A DNA stretch of 64,000 nucleotides from the NCBI RefSeq assembly GCF_009914755.1, contig NC_060937.1. The stretch is one strand, 5' to 3'. The stretch comes from the human T2T-CHM13v2.0 reference genome, Homo sapiens. Positions 47,584 to 58,874 of the stretch are shown here, one piece after another. How positions within the stretch are numbered: position 1 is the stretch's first letter; every line of letters starts with the position of its first letter. The notes under the pieces are model-generated. The model ran no database searches. It worked only from the letters and a program-made list of their open reading frames with translations, and was not told the origin of the DNA. Both the position numbers and the translations under genes were made by a program.

Positions 47584-47589
47584 TTTATT
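47584..47589 (-). terminator. Candidate intronic poly(A) signal for the short (GSFILL*) ZC3H13 isoform
   Basis: AATAAA followed by GU-rich CTTTGTCTTGTTT. Other hexamers lie at 47835, 48004 and 48425. Confidence 0.45.
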
Positions 47590-48807
47590 CAAGATAATAC
47601 ATCAGTTCTCTAATACAACCACCATAGCAGCAAAAATAGAAGAAGTCTGATTGTTAAGCCACATCACCCCACCCTTTACAGTGCATATTTTCACTGTTTA
47701 GGTTAAGTCATCAATAAGTAAGGGCCGAACTGTATTTCATGGGTAGCAAAATCAAACCAGATTTTAACTTGAAATGCTACTAGCAAAAGGTCACAGAAAC
47801 AAATATCTTTAGAGGTGGGTAAGATTTTAGGGGTTTTATTCCATCACTTTACAAATAAAATTGAGGCTCACAGGAGTTATTTGCTTAAGGTCACAGAACC
47901 AACCAAACAAGGCAGATACAGTAGGGCAAGAACTAAGTCTTGGGTCATTTTTCGGTTAATACACGTTAACAATTATATGTATTTTGTACATGTATACTCT
48001 AGGTTTATTGGGCTATATTAAAATAAAAAAATTTACTGCTTATGCTAATAGAGTAAAGGAAGGGCATGAATTCATAAAACTCATAAAACAATATTTTTTT
48101 ATTTTGTATTAGTGAAAAATTTAATACTAACTAAACTTTTATGTCCAGGGACATGACGTAAAATTGTTAATTAATGTTGTTCCTTTCACCTTTTACCTCC
48201 TTTTCCTTCTTTTTACCATCTACTCGTCCCTCCCCATTAATAAAGTATTAGTAAGTTGCAAAATAAACTAAGGTAGGTACTAGATGAGACAGAGACAGTG
48301 AAAACCAAAACCAAACAACCCCTACCACCAGAATCCATAAGCTAGATAATCTGGAATAACTGAAAATTGCTGCAGTGAGGTCAAAAATCAGCGTGATAGG
48401 ATATTTTCAAAGTAGCAGTTAATATTTATTGGGTATTACTATATGCCAGGAACTGTTCTAAGTGTTTTGCCTGTAATAACTCATTTGCTCCTAATTACCA
48501 TAGGAAGTTGGTGGTATGATTATTCCTGACTTACAGATGATGACACTAACACACAGATTAAGTAATAGCCAGTAAGTGGTGTGCCTACTGAAATCCAGAT
48601 CATCCGGCCTTACAGACCAAGCTCTTAATCACTTTGTTAAAGACTCAACCTACACACCTGCATTTGGGTAGATGTCTAGGGGAAAGGGCTGCCAAAATAC
48701 CCAATTTCTTTAGACATGAAAAATATGTAGTCTGTTTTTCCTGGCTCTGCTTCATTTAGCCAAGGGCAAACCACTGAGCACTTTGATATTAGAACTTATT
48801 GGTTAAT

Positions 48808-48971
48808 TTGTTTTTTTTTTTTTGAGACAGGGTCTTGCTCTGTCACCTAGGTTGGAGTGTGGTGGCTCAATCATGGCTCACTGCAGCCTCAATTTCCTGG
48901 GCTCCAGCAATCCTGCTGCCTCAACCTCCCTGAGTAGCTGTGACTACAGACATGCAACACCACGCCTGGCC
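48808..48971 (-). mobile_element. Alu monomer (FRAM/AluJ arm)
   Basis: Single arm with a T tract at 48810-48822. Confidence 0.85.
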
Positions 48972-49225
48972 TGTTAATAAGTAATTTTCATACAAAAAGG
49001 TCATTGTACTCTTTTCCCAACTTTTCTGTGGGATAACTCTTCTTCTCAAAATAAATTTTAAAGAGAAACTTTGACCATGAGGGTTAAATAATGATTATAA
49101 AATGATTTCTCAAAAAATAGTTTCTACACAGTGTTAAGTGCTACATAAGAACAGATCAGAATCCCCTTCAGATGGCATCTTAAATGGTTAACAGACATTA
49201 TATAGTTAAAGTAAAATGAAACTAC

Positions 49226-49426
49226 CTTTGGGTTTTTCTAAAAGTCTCTGACATGTTTCTTTGACTTTGGCAAAGAGTTCAGAACCTGCCAACTTTTTAG
49301 AAATCCCAACTCTTAGCATAACAGCTCCAGGTGTGAATTTTAAGAGTGCAGCCCCAGGCTCTCGTGGTTCTTTTGGATGCTTTGGCATAAGACCAGACCA
49401 ATCCACATCTATCACATCTAAGGGAT
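49226..49426 (-). CDS. ZC3H13: ZC3H13 coding exon (201 bp), start of the conserved C-terminal domain; read-through to 49206 gives the alternative end GSFILL*
   Basis: Acceptor ttttacAG|AT CCC and donor AAA G|GTAGTT. Encodes DPLDVIDVDWSGLMPKHPK...LLEKPK. Confidence 0.95.
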
Positions 49427-50663
49427 CTGTAAAAAGTTAAAAAGTAAGATTTGTTTTACACCAAGAAATAGCAGTCTTGTTATCTACATAGACATTTACA
49501 TAAATCAAGGAGAAAACAGAAAAAATGAAAAGTACTTTAAACCAAAAATGTCCTATTCTTAAAATAAAAGCCTTCCCATATAATACTCAGAATCTAAGGA
49601 CTCTGACAAATAAAAAACCTTCCCACCAAAAGAAAACAGGTAACCCAACCCACCCATACAAATAACTCATTTTAACTCCATGGGAGATCCCCAATGAAAG
49701 AACTCTATTGATTTCACTCAGATTGGGTCTGATCTTTTGAAACTTGGTACCAGAATCCTTTTAAGGGTTAAATCTAGGAGTACATGTGTTTGCAGTGTGT
49801 GCACACATACATTTTAATTTTTAAAAACAACTATTTCATTATGAAATCCCTTTAAGAGTCAGAGAGTGACAATTATTAACACTGAGAGCAAATAATCCAT
49901 CCACTGCGAAGGAACAGTTGAAGAAATAATGTTCTACTTAGAAATACCTGATACCAGAAAATAACAAAGATAACAATCATACATACCTTCTACATCAGTA
50001 GAAAAAATTGCAAAATATAAGAGCAAATTAAAATAAAAATTTCATATTTTATATAATCAAAGAAAAGATCCTCACTGTGATTTAAAAAAGTTGTTAGTAA
50101 CAATCAGACACTAATTGGAATGATTCAAGAGGAATATTAAGGGGTGTTGCTTCATGGTATAATCACTGGAATGAGTTCCAGCAACACACAAAGTACTGTA
50201 AGTCAAAATAATTACCAAATTTAGAAAATTGATAGAGGTATATAGTGTTCAAATATAATTTCAACTACTGTAAATTTTTGACAGGTTGTTTAAAAAGTTG
50301 GCTTGTGTCACCACAGTTGTGAAGCTTTGTACCATATAACTACCATGTAGAAAGAACATTGCTAGACAATCAGTATTTGTTTAGATTCCAAGTCATATAA
50401 TATGATTCTTAAATTCTGGAAAATAAACTTTAGAATTTTGCTATTTTAAATGAGGCCCTTTCTAATTCATAGACAATGCCTACTTAAAAAGGAGTAGGCA
50501 TATAGGCTATAATTTTCATTTTATTGGCCTTTCAACCTTAAGTAAAATGTAAAAGGAAAAATTCTAAGTGTCTTAGGTCAATTTTTACAGAGTAGAAGGT
50601 AATAATACTTTAATATCATATAACAGATAATTTTCATGTTTAACCACCTCTGCAAATAGTTAC

Positions 50664-50816
50664 CTGGCATCTTCTCCTCATCCTGTTGGTCCTCCCTCTT
50701 TTCTGCATCACCTGCCAGAATTTCATCTAGTTCGTCATCACTGATTGGCTCGTATCCTTCTCCAGCACCAGAGCCTAATGAATGTGCATCATCTAACTTG
50801 GACTCGTCATCTCCTG
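50664..50816 (-). CDS. ZC3H13: ZC3H13 coding exon (153 or 150 bp, NAGNAG acceptor); not in the ORF track
   Basis: Acceptor tttAG/CAG and donor CCA G|GTAACT. Hand translation gives (A)GDDESKLDDAHSLGSGAGEGYEPISDDELDEILAGDAEKREDQQDEEKMP. Confidence 0.93.
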
Positions 50817-52887
50817 CTAAATAGACAAATTAATTTCAGATCAAAGACAACATTAAAGGGAGAGGATGACTAAGTCAAACCAAAAGGTAGAGGGTACACA
50901 CATTATAACAATGTGAAAAACATCTTTTCATCAGAAAACTGTATCTCTTAATTATTCAAATACTTGATAATATCAAAAGAAAACAAAAATAAAATTTAAT
51001 TAGTTAAATTAAACTTTAATAGCAAGAATACAATCTGGACAGCAATTATGAGAACAGCTTATAAGATCACAATAAAAATATGACAAATAAAAGCTACTAC
51101 TAACATACTAATGTTGACTGTGTATTATTTTTGATAATTTAAAACTTTAAAACTCAGACAAATCTAACTTCAAAAGATTTTGAAGTTATATTTTCAAATT
51201 TTCACAATTTATCTAAACAAAGTAATTTAAAAACTTGCAAACATTTAAAAAATTTACTCGAAGCTTAAATCTTAGTTCATATTATTTAGCTCATTATATA
51301 AACTTTACAACAGTGAGGTAAAAATACAAGAAGTGTCTAATTCTCTCTCAACATCTCAATTCCTCCTCCCTATCTCAATGATCTTCTTGCATTGATGAAC
51401 ACAATTTTTAGAAAAATGCTTTAATACAATTAAAAATAACTTTGTTAGTTCCACTAGTGTATGTTCTATTTTTTTATTTTACCAACTTTTTTCAACCACC
51501 TATGCTAAACTTTGTCTCTTGGTGAGTTAGTTGTGAACTTAATCCTAAAATTACAGAATACACTTAACGTTTACAATCACTAGCTAACCATACATTTCAC
51601 TGAATCTACAATACTAAGTTTCAAAATGTAACCATATGCTTTATGGGTATGAATTTGCAGCAAATAAAATATAAGAAGTTATGAGATGTTTCTAGTCATT
51701 CTAGTGATTTTCCATGTTATTAAATTCTATAATAATCTCCCCATATCCTCACTAAGTCACTTCTAATGTAACCAATTTTAGTAACTTTGTCATATAAACA
51801 TACATCTAAACATAAATGCACATAATAGGATTTTCAACTTTTCAAGTTGATCCAACTCATTTTCCTACTTTGAGTAAAAACTTTACATCACATAGCAAGT
51901 GATTCACCTATACATTTCTATTCTATATTATCTGTGATCATAACCAGCAAATTATATATTTTAGAGATGAGGGATACTGACTCCAATCACAAGAGAGCTA
52001 TTATAATGATTAATTCAATTATATTCAATTATATCCCAGGGTTGTACCTCCATCAGAACCATGCTTTATGATTTGATGCTATTTATACTCAAAATTGAGA
52101 TGAAAATGTAATGTGAAGAGATGAATTTGAAACAGTAAGTGCCTCGAGCAGAGAAGGCTTCATCGAGAAAATAATGTATAAATTGGGACTTGAATTTTGA
52201 GTAAGAAAGATGAGATAAAAGAAAAAGGTCTATCAGGAAATGGTATGAGTGGGTACAAAGAAGGGCAGAGAATGGAAAGGCATGAGTCAGCTTGTCTAGT
52301 AAATGGGGGCTGAAGGGTAAAGAACAGAAGCATGGAGAGTGAGGTTTCACATAGCTGAGGCTGGCTCTGAGTTGATGCGGACTTAGCATTCCTATTCTAG
52401 GACTAGGGAGTACCAGTGGGATTCTAGTCAATCCTACATTAAATACAGTTTTAGGTAGTGTTATTGTTTCATATATTTGTTCTCAACTGCCCTAGAAAAT
52501 AGGGATTCACTAATAATTATTTGAATCCCTCTCTGAACTAAGAAGTCATTTCAATTTTTGTAATCTTATTTTTTTAACATCTAAGAAAAGGATGTGATGG
52601 TTATTCTTCAACATCTATACACACTGCATCTAAACAATCTTTTATTTCATTTAGGTTTATGTGAACCAAATCTGCCTTAATGGTACTGCTAAGGGGACCA
52701 CATTAAAAAAATATATATATCTCTATCTTACAGGCCTTTTCCTTCTGAAATCTACTTCCTCTATAGAAGAATGGAGAATGGAGTCAATTTGCCCATTAGT
52801 GGGTGCCCTTTCAAAAGAAAATAGTTGTTTCCCACGAAATCTGAAAAGAAATAAAGCAGTATCACAGACAACAGAGGTAGCACTCAC

Positions 52888-53412
52888 CTTCCAGACTCTC
52901 AGTTCTCTCGGATTTATTTGTTTCTTCAAATCCCTGCACAGATCCCAGATCTTTATCCATTCTCTCTTTATCCAAGGCTAGAGAGTCTCGGGAAGTGCTT
53001 TCTAGATCCCTTTCATGTTCACCTTCCAGTTTTGCTTCACAGCGTTTCACAGACTCTATTTGAGAACTCTCAAAAGTTCTGTCTCTGTCTCTGTCCCTGT
53101 CCCTTTCAACAGAATCAGAAATTAGTCTCTCTCTTTCCCTATCCAAGTCTCTCCTTTTGTCTCGTTCTCTCTCTCGTTCTCGTTCTCGCAATCTATCTCG
53201 ATCCCTGTTGCGTGGCCAATCTTTATCAGCATCTCGGTCCCATTCTCTCTGCCTCGTATCTCTCCTCTCTCTCTCGCGCTCTCTGTCGTGTTCATATCGA
53301 TCTCGTTCTTGAAGCCTGTCTCTGCTATCAAATGACCCAGATCTTGAATGGACCTGTCGATCTGACTCTGGAGAACTTCTTCTTGAACTATGGCTTCTTG
53401 AATCCTGGCGAT
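52888..53412 (-). CDS. ZC3H13: ZC3H13 coding exon (525 bp), RS/RD/RE-rich
   Basis: Acceptor tattttAG|AT CGC CAG and donor GAA G|GTGAGT. Open frame DRQDSRSHSSRRSSPESDRQ...ETNKSERTESLE. Confidence 0.95.
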
Positions 53413-54131
53413 CTAAAATAAATATACCATATATAAAGAGTTATTAGCACATGATAAAATAGAAACAAAATGCTTCATTTCAAGGTCCTTTAAAACATAA
53501 TTTACCTTTTTCCATATTCTATGTAACTTTCTATGTTCCATATTGTCTCTATATGTTCTATATATTTCTATATTCTACATATACATTTCTCTCTATAAAT
53601 ATCCAAATATATAAATCATTTTAAGAAAAATTCCTCTCTCAAAGTTCTAATAAATAAAAAAAAAAGTTTCCTTGTCTATTTCCACTATAACCATAAAATA
53701 TCTTCCAAGAAGTACATAAAATGATTAGGCATTAATAGAACTAATCACTCCATTATTTGATCTCCTCCTACTCCCCTATCTTATTTTCTGTGGTCAAAAG
53801 AGGCAGCCTTGACTGCATGAAGAATAGCAGGAAGGTTAAAATCATAGGCATCAATAAGGGACTTGAACACATAAACCCTTCCACCAAGACATACTACTAA
53901 AATCCTGATATTAAACTGATTAACACTACTGTATGTATTTCTATTATAATGTTGGTATTAATGTGATAACAGGTAACATTTTGATAGGGCAGCTAAACTT
54001 TTCTTTAAAAAGTTGCATAAAATTTAAGGCAGCATGTAAAGTAACCAATTTAGCATTACTTTAGAATTAAAATGTGTATAAAATATACTAACCTAGGAAA
54101 CAGTGACTAGATCACAATTCAATTTTATTAC

Positions 54132-55355
54132 CTGAAGAAGTACTTCGACTGGGTTCTCCACGCTTTAACTGATCAATCCTAGATTTTCTCTCTCCTGTGA
54201 TTTCCAGGCTTTTTGTTTTTTCTCTATCTCTTGAGCCACTGTGCAGTACTCTCTTTCGACCACTTTGGTCATCTCCACTTCGATGGGCTGAATCATTGGA
54301 TGGGGAGCGAAGACGACCAGACGTATGACTACGGTTACTCCGATTGCTCCCGAGGCTGCTGCTCCTCTTTTGATCCATAGGCTTGCGATGCTGTGCATCT
54401 TCTATAGTCACGTGAGGCGTCTCTACTTTTTCTGCTCGTGTTCTGTGGCATTTTCTGTGTGAGTCTTCATTGGCAAAAGTATTATTGGTGGTATTGGTGG
54501 GGGTGGCAGAGGTGGAAATAGTGATGGCAGATGTGCTGAAAGAGGTGGCGGCAGCAGCAGTAGTGGCAGCAAGAGTTGCAGGCACAGTTGTAGCAGTGGC
54601 AGTAGCCACAGGCGGTGGAGGAGGAAGAAGAGAAGATAGAGGAGAAGGGGTACTACCAGGAGTCGTGGCGGTGGCAGTATGCTCTGCTTCTGTCACCTCT
54701 GTACGGTCAGGGACATCCTCATCAGACCAGTCACTGAATGCTGTATCTTCTTTTTTCTGGGAGTCCTCTAGAATACCATTCTTACCATTGCACATTTCAA
54801 CCAATTCCTCTTTAGTTGTTATAGGGGGAGTCCGTGGGCCTCTTTTCTTCTTACTTTGCTGGGCTGCTTCTTCATCAGAAATATCAGAATCACCTTTGGA
54901 TTTTTTACGTTTTTTTTCAATGCTTTTCTTTTTCTGTCCTTTTTTTGGTGAAAATACTTGACCATCTTCAGATGTTGTCTCTATGTTACCCCTCTCTATT
55001 CCAACATCATCCTCTTTCTTTTTCTTAATTGGTTTCTTTTGAATTTTTGCTTTCTTCTTGTTTTCATCATGAGCTCGATCAGATGTCTCTCGATCTTCAG
55101 ACTGGTGGTGTCCTATAATGTCCTGTGCACGCATTCTTGAGCTTTCCAGGATTTCTGTCTGTTCTCTCTGTTTATCTACAGAAGAAACTTTCTCCTTGAG
55201 TTCCTGTTCTTCGTAGCGCCTTGAACTCTCTTTCCTTTCTGGTTTACGATCCTCCTCTTTCCATCTACCCTGTCTGTCTTCTGTGAGGTGCGAGGGACTA
55301 AGAGAACGAGATTCTTGAGGTCGTACAACTTGGCTCAAGAGTCTGTGTTTTTCAT
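54132..55355 (-). CDS. ZC3H13: ZC3H13 long internal coding exon (1224 bp): Lys-rich, acidic, Thr/Ala/Pro-rich and RS-rich segments
   Basis: Contained in the 422-aa ORF 54112..55380. Acceptor ttttatatAG|AT GAA and donor TCA G|GTAATA. Confidence 0.95.
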
Positions 55356-55745
55356 CTATATAAAAGATAAAAGCAATCACACTCTCACCAGGTTAGTAAC
55401 CACTGCATGGTACATATAGATTATAATAATTTCTCCTCACACCTGTAATCCCAGGACTTTGGGAGGCCGAGGCAGGTGGATCATGAGATCAAGAGATCAA
55501 GATCATTTAAAAACTTTTAAAATGACAATAATTTTAGTAAAAATAAAAATATGGCTTTACTATAAATAGTAGAAAATGACAGTACTCTAACACATACTTT
55601 AGTCACAAAAGGAGATATTTAGAGGCAGCAAAGCAAGACAACTTTTTAAAAATCTTAATTCATCAGTTCCTACTAGTATGAAAGGATGGTTTCATGGTTA
55701 CAAATGAATATGAATATAGAGAGACAGAAAACAGAGTCTGCTTAC

Positions 55746-55849
55746 TTTTATCATCTCCACTGTTGTAGGCATCACTGTCCGGAGAATGTTCACGCCGGCG
55801 CTTCGGGGACTGTCTAGGGCTGGGACTCCCTTCATTTCTATAGCGCTTC
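55746..55849 (-). CDS. ZC3H13: ZC3H13 coding exon (104 bp)
   Basis: Acceptor aatttAG|G AAG CGC and donor AAA A|GTAAG. Encodes KRYRNEGSPSPRQSPKRRREHSPDSDAYNSGDDK; phases match both neighbours. Confidence 0.95.
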
Positions 55850-56715
55850 CTAAATTGGACAAGCAAACACAATTTATAAAATTCTAGGGGGCAAAAAAAG
55901 AGATTTTTTTGTTTTTACTAGTATCTCTTTACTATAACTGGAACATATAATTGTAGGAAAGCAATATTGCCAGAGTGTATCATACAAAGGATATTCAGTG
56001 TCTTTAATACAAATTCTTTACTTCATTTGCTAAGAATTGTGAACTTAAAATACACAACATTTCTTCTTCTTCTTCATTATACATGTAGAATAACTCAAGT
56101 GAAAATTGCCAGATTTAAATACTGTAAGGTGGTAACATGCAGCACAGAAACCAATATATTAATGTACCCTCTGATATAAACATTCAGCAATTTTGCATTC
56201 TTATGATATAAAAATGCCTTATGCTGCAGAGCTGAATGAGAAAACCTAATATTGGCTTTGAAGTAAAAAAGCTATGAGTTCAACTTATAACTACATTAGT
56301 TATTACGCAGCCTTAAGTAAGTTCCTTGAAGTCACTGAACCTTAGTTTCTCATCTGAAAATGGTGGGTGGGGCTGAATGGGTGGGAAATGAGAGTCCATT
56401 TCATAAAATTGCAGTAAGGAATAAATTAGTTATGTCATAAACCCAGTGCCAAATATGTTGTGGGTACACCATAAAATTAGTTCCTTTCCCCTTCATGGAA
56501 ATCACTTTCTTGCTGACAAATTAATAAAATAATTCATACGTTCATTATATTTTTTGTTCCTTAGTTGAGCTTTAAATGAGTAGCGTTTTATATCTCTTGG
56601 GTACTTAAATTATTCTAGTGTTTTCCCCCATTTTCATTAAAATTTGACTACCTGTTTTTTCACTAACATTGTTTGTTTATAAATACTATGGTCAAAAGTT
56701 AAGAAACATATTGTA

Positions 56716-57982
56716 TACATGGACCAATGGAACAGAATAGAAAACCCAGAAATAAAGCCAAATGATCTTCAGCAAAAGCATACAAAACATAACTGGGGAA
56801 AGGACACTCTATTTACTAAATGGTGGTGGGAAAATTGGCAAGTCACATGTAAAAGAATGAAACCGGATCCCTCTCAGCTCAAACAAAAATCAGCTCAAGA
56901 AGGATCAAAGACTTAAATCTAAAACCTGAAACCATTAAAATTCTAGAAATTAACACTGGGAAAACTCTTTTGGACACTGGCCTAGGCAAAGACTTCATGG
57001 CCAAGATTCTAAAAGCAAACGCAACGAAACCAAAAATAAATAAATGGAACCTAATTAAACTAAAAAGCTTCTGCACAGCAAAATAAATAACAAAGACAAC
57101 CCATAGAATGGGAGAAAATGTTTGCAAACTATGTATCCAACAAAGGACTAGTATCCAGAATCTATAAGAAACTCAAATAAATCAGCAAGAAAAACATAAA
57201 TAATCCCATCAAAAAGTGGATAAAGGACACGAATAGACATTTCTCAAAAGAAGACATACAAACAGCCAACAAACGTATGAAAAAATGCTCAAAATCACTA
57301 ATCATCAGGGAAATACAAATTAAAAACCACAATGAGATGCCACCTTACTCCTACAAAAATGGCCATTAAAAAGTAAAAAAAACAGGAGATGTTAGCATAG
57401 ACATGGTGAAAAGGGAATGCTTATTCACTGCTGGTGGGTATGTAAATAAGTACAACCTCTATGAAAAACAGTATGGAGAGTCCCTAAAGAACTAAAAGGA
57501 GATATTTGATCCAGCAATCCCACTACTGGGTATCTACCCAAAGGAAAAGAAGTCATTATATGAAAAAAAAAAACATGCACATATATGTTTATAGCAGCAA
57601 AATTCACAACTGTAAAGATATAGAACCAACCTAAGTGCCCATTGGCCAATGGGTGGATAAAGAAAATGTGGTATATATACACCATGAAACCATGGACTAC
57701 TACTCAGCCATAAAAAGGAAAAAAATAATGTCTTTTGCAGCAACTTGTTCTCACCTGTAAGTGAGAGCTAAGCTATGAGTATGCAAAGGCATACAGAGTG
57801 ATATAATGGGCTTTGGAGACTCAGAAGGGGGAGGGTGGAAGGGGAGTGAGGGATAAAAACGTACATGTTTGGTACAATGTGGACTACTCAGGTGACAGGT
57901 GCACTAAAATCTCTGAATTCATCCAGGTAACCAAAAACCTCTTGTACCCTAAAAGCTATTGAAATAAAAATAAAACAAAAAC
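56716..57982 (+). mobile_element. L1PB-like 3' fragment (end of ORF2 plus 3'UTR), antisense to ZC3H13
   Basis: ORF2 remnant [27 protein letters not shown], an L1 3'UTR, and a ctattgaaataaaa tail. Confidence 0.9.
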
Positions 57983-58149
57983 ATACCAGCACATGTATAT
58001 CATAGACAGCTCCTTTATATAGATGAACAACCATGTGGAGAAGGCCCCAGGTGTAATATGACAACTCACAGGCCCAAGCTTGTGTACTACTTTATCCAAA
58101 GCTCCTCTCCCATCAATAACTGGCCTATTTCCCCATTTTTCATATCTAA

Positions 58150-58546
58150 TGACTTGCTATGACAAGAGAATGTGGTGAAAGTGACACTGTGCAAATGTGA
58201 AGAGGATTCAGGAGGCCTTGCTGCTTCAGCTTCTGCCCTCTTGTTGTTTCTACCATTACATGCAAAGCAGAGTTTAGACTACTGAAGGCCAGGGGGTCAA
58301 GTGGAGGAGAAACAAGATGCCCTAATTGCCAGACACATGAATGAGACAATCCTGGGCCTCCAGGCCCAGCTGCATTGTCAGATGTAATGTTGATACAGGA
58401 GTTACTCCAAGTGAGACCAACAGAACAACCACTCTATTGAGCCCAGGCAAAACTGCCAATCCACAGAATCATGAGCAAATAAATGGTTGTTGTTTTAAGC
58501 TACTAACTTATGTGGTGATGTGTTATATATCAAGAGATAACTGACA
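58150..58546 (+). mobile_element. MLT1 (F/G/H-like) MaLR LTR
   Basis: gagcccagg..ccacagaatcatgagcaaataaatggttgttgttttaagctactaa..agataactgaca end. Confidence 0.75.
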
Positions 58547-58874
58547 GACTGGAATAAAGTGAAAATTTAAAACATGAGAAAAAGTTATTTCAAGGAAATA
58601 CCTAAATAAACACAATTAGAGTAAAATAAATACAGCAATTAGGCAAACCTTCTACATAAGAGCAGTTAAAAAAAGTGCTGGATAAATTGAACTACTGAGA
58701 TGACAATACAGTTAATGAAAGATTAAGATATTAATCTCATGTAATTAGTTTCTGTTATAGAGTTATTCAACTTCTAAATTTCTGGGGTCATTGTCAACTC
58801 TTAGATTGTCTAACCATGAAAAACCAGAAAAACTTTTGCTATTATAAGCAGATATCAGAAGCATGAAAAAAATA

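Noticed and set aside
54470-54961. 163-aa antisense Val/Ala-rich ORF (and 52918-53421, 167 aa)
   Set aside because: Mirror frames of ZC3H13 exons with no independent promoter or splice evidence.
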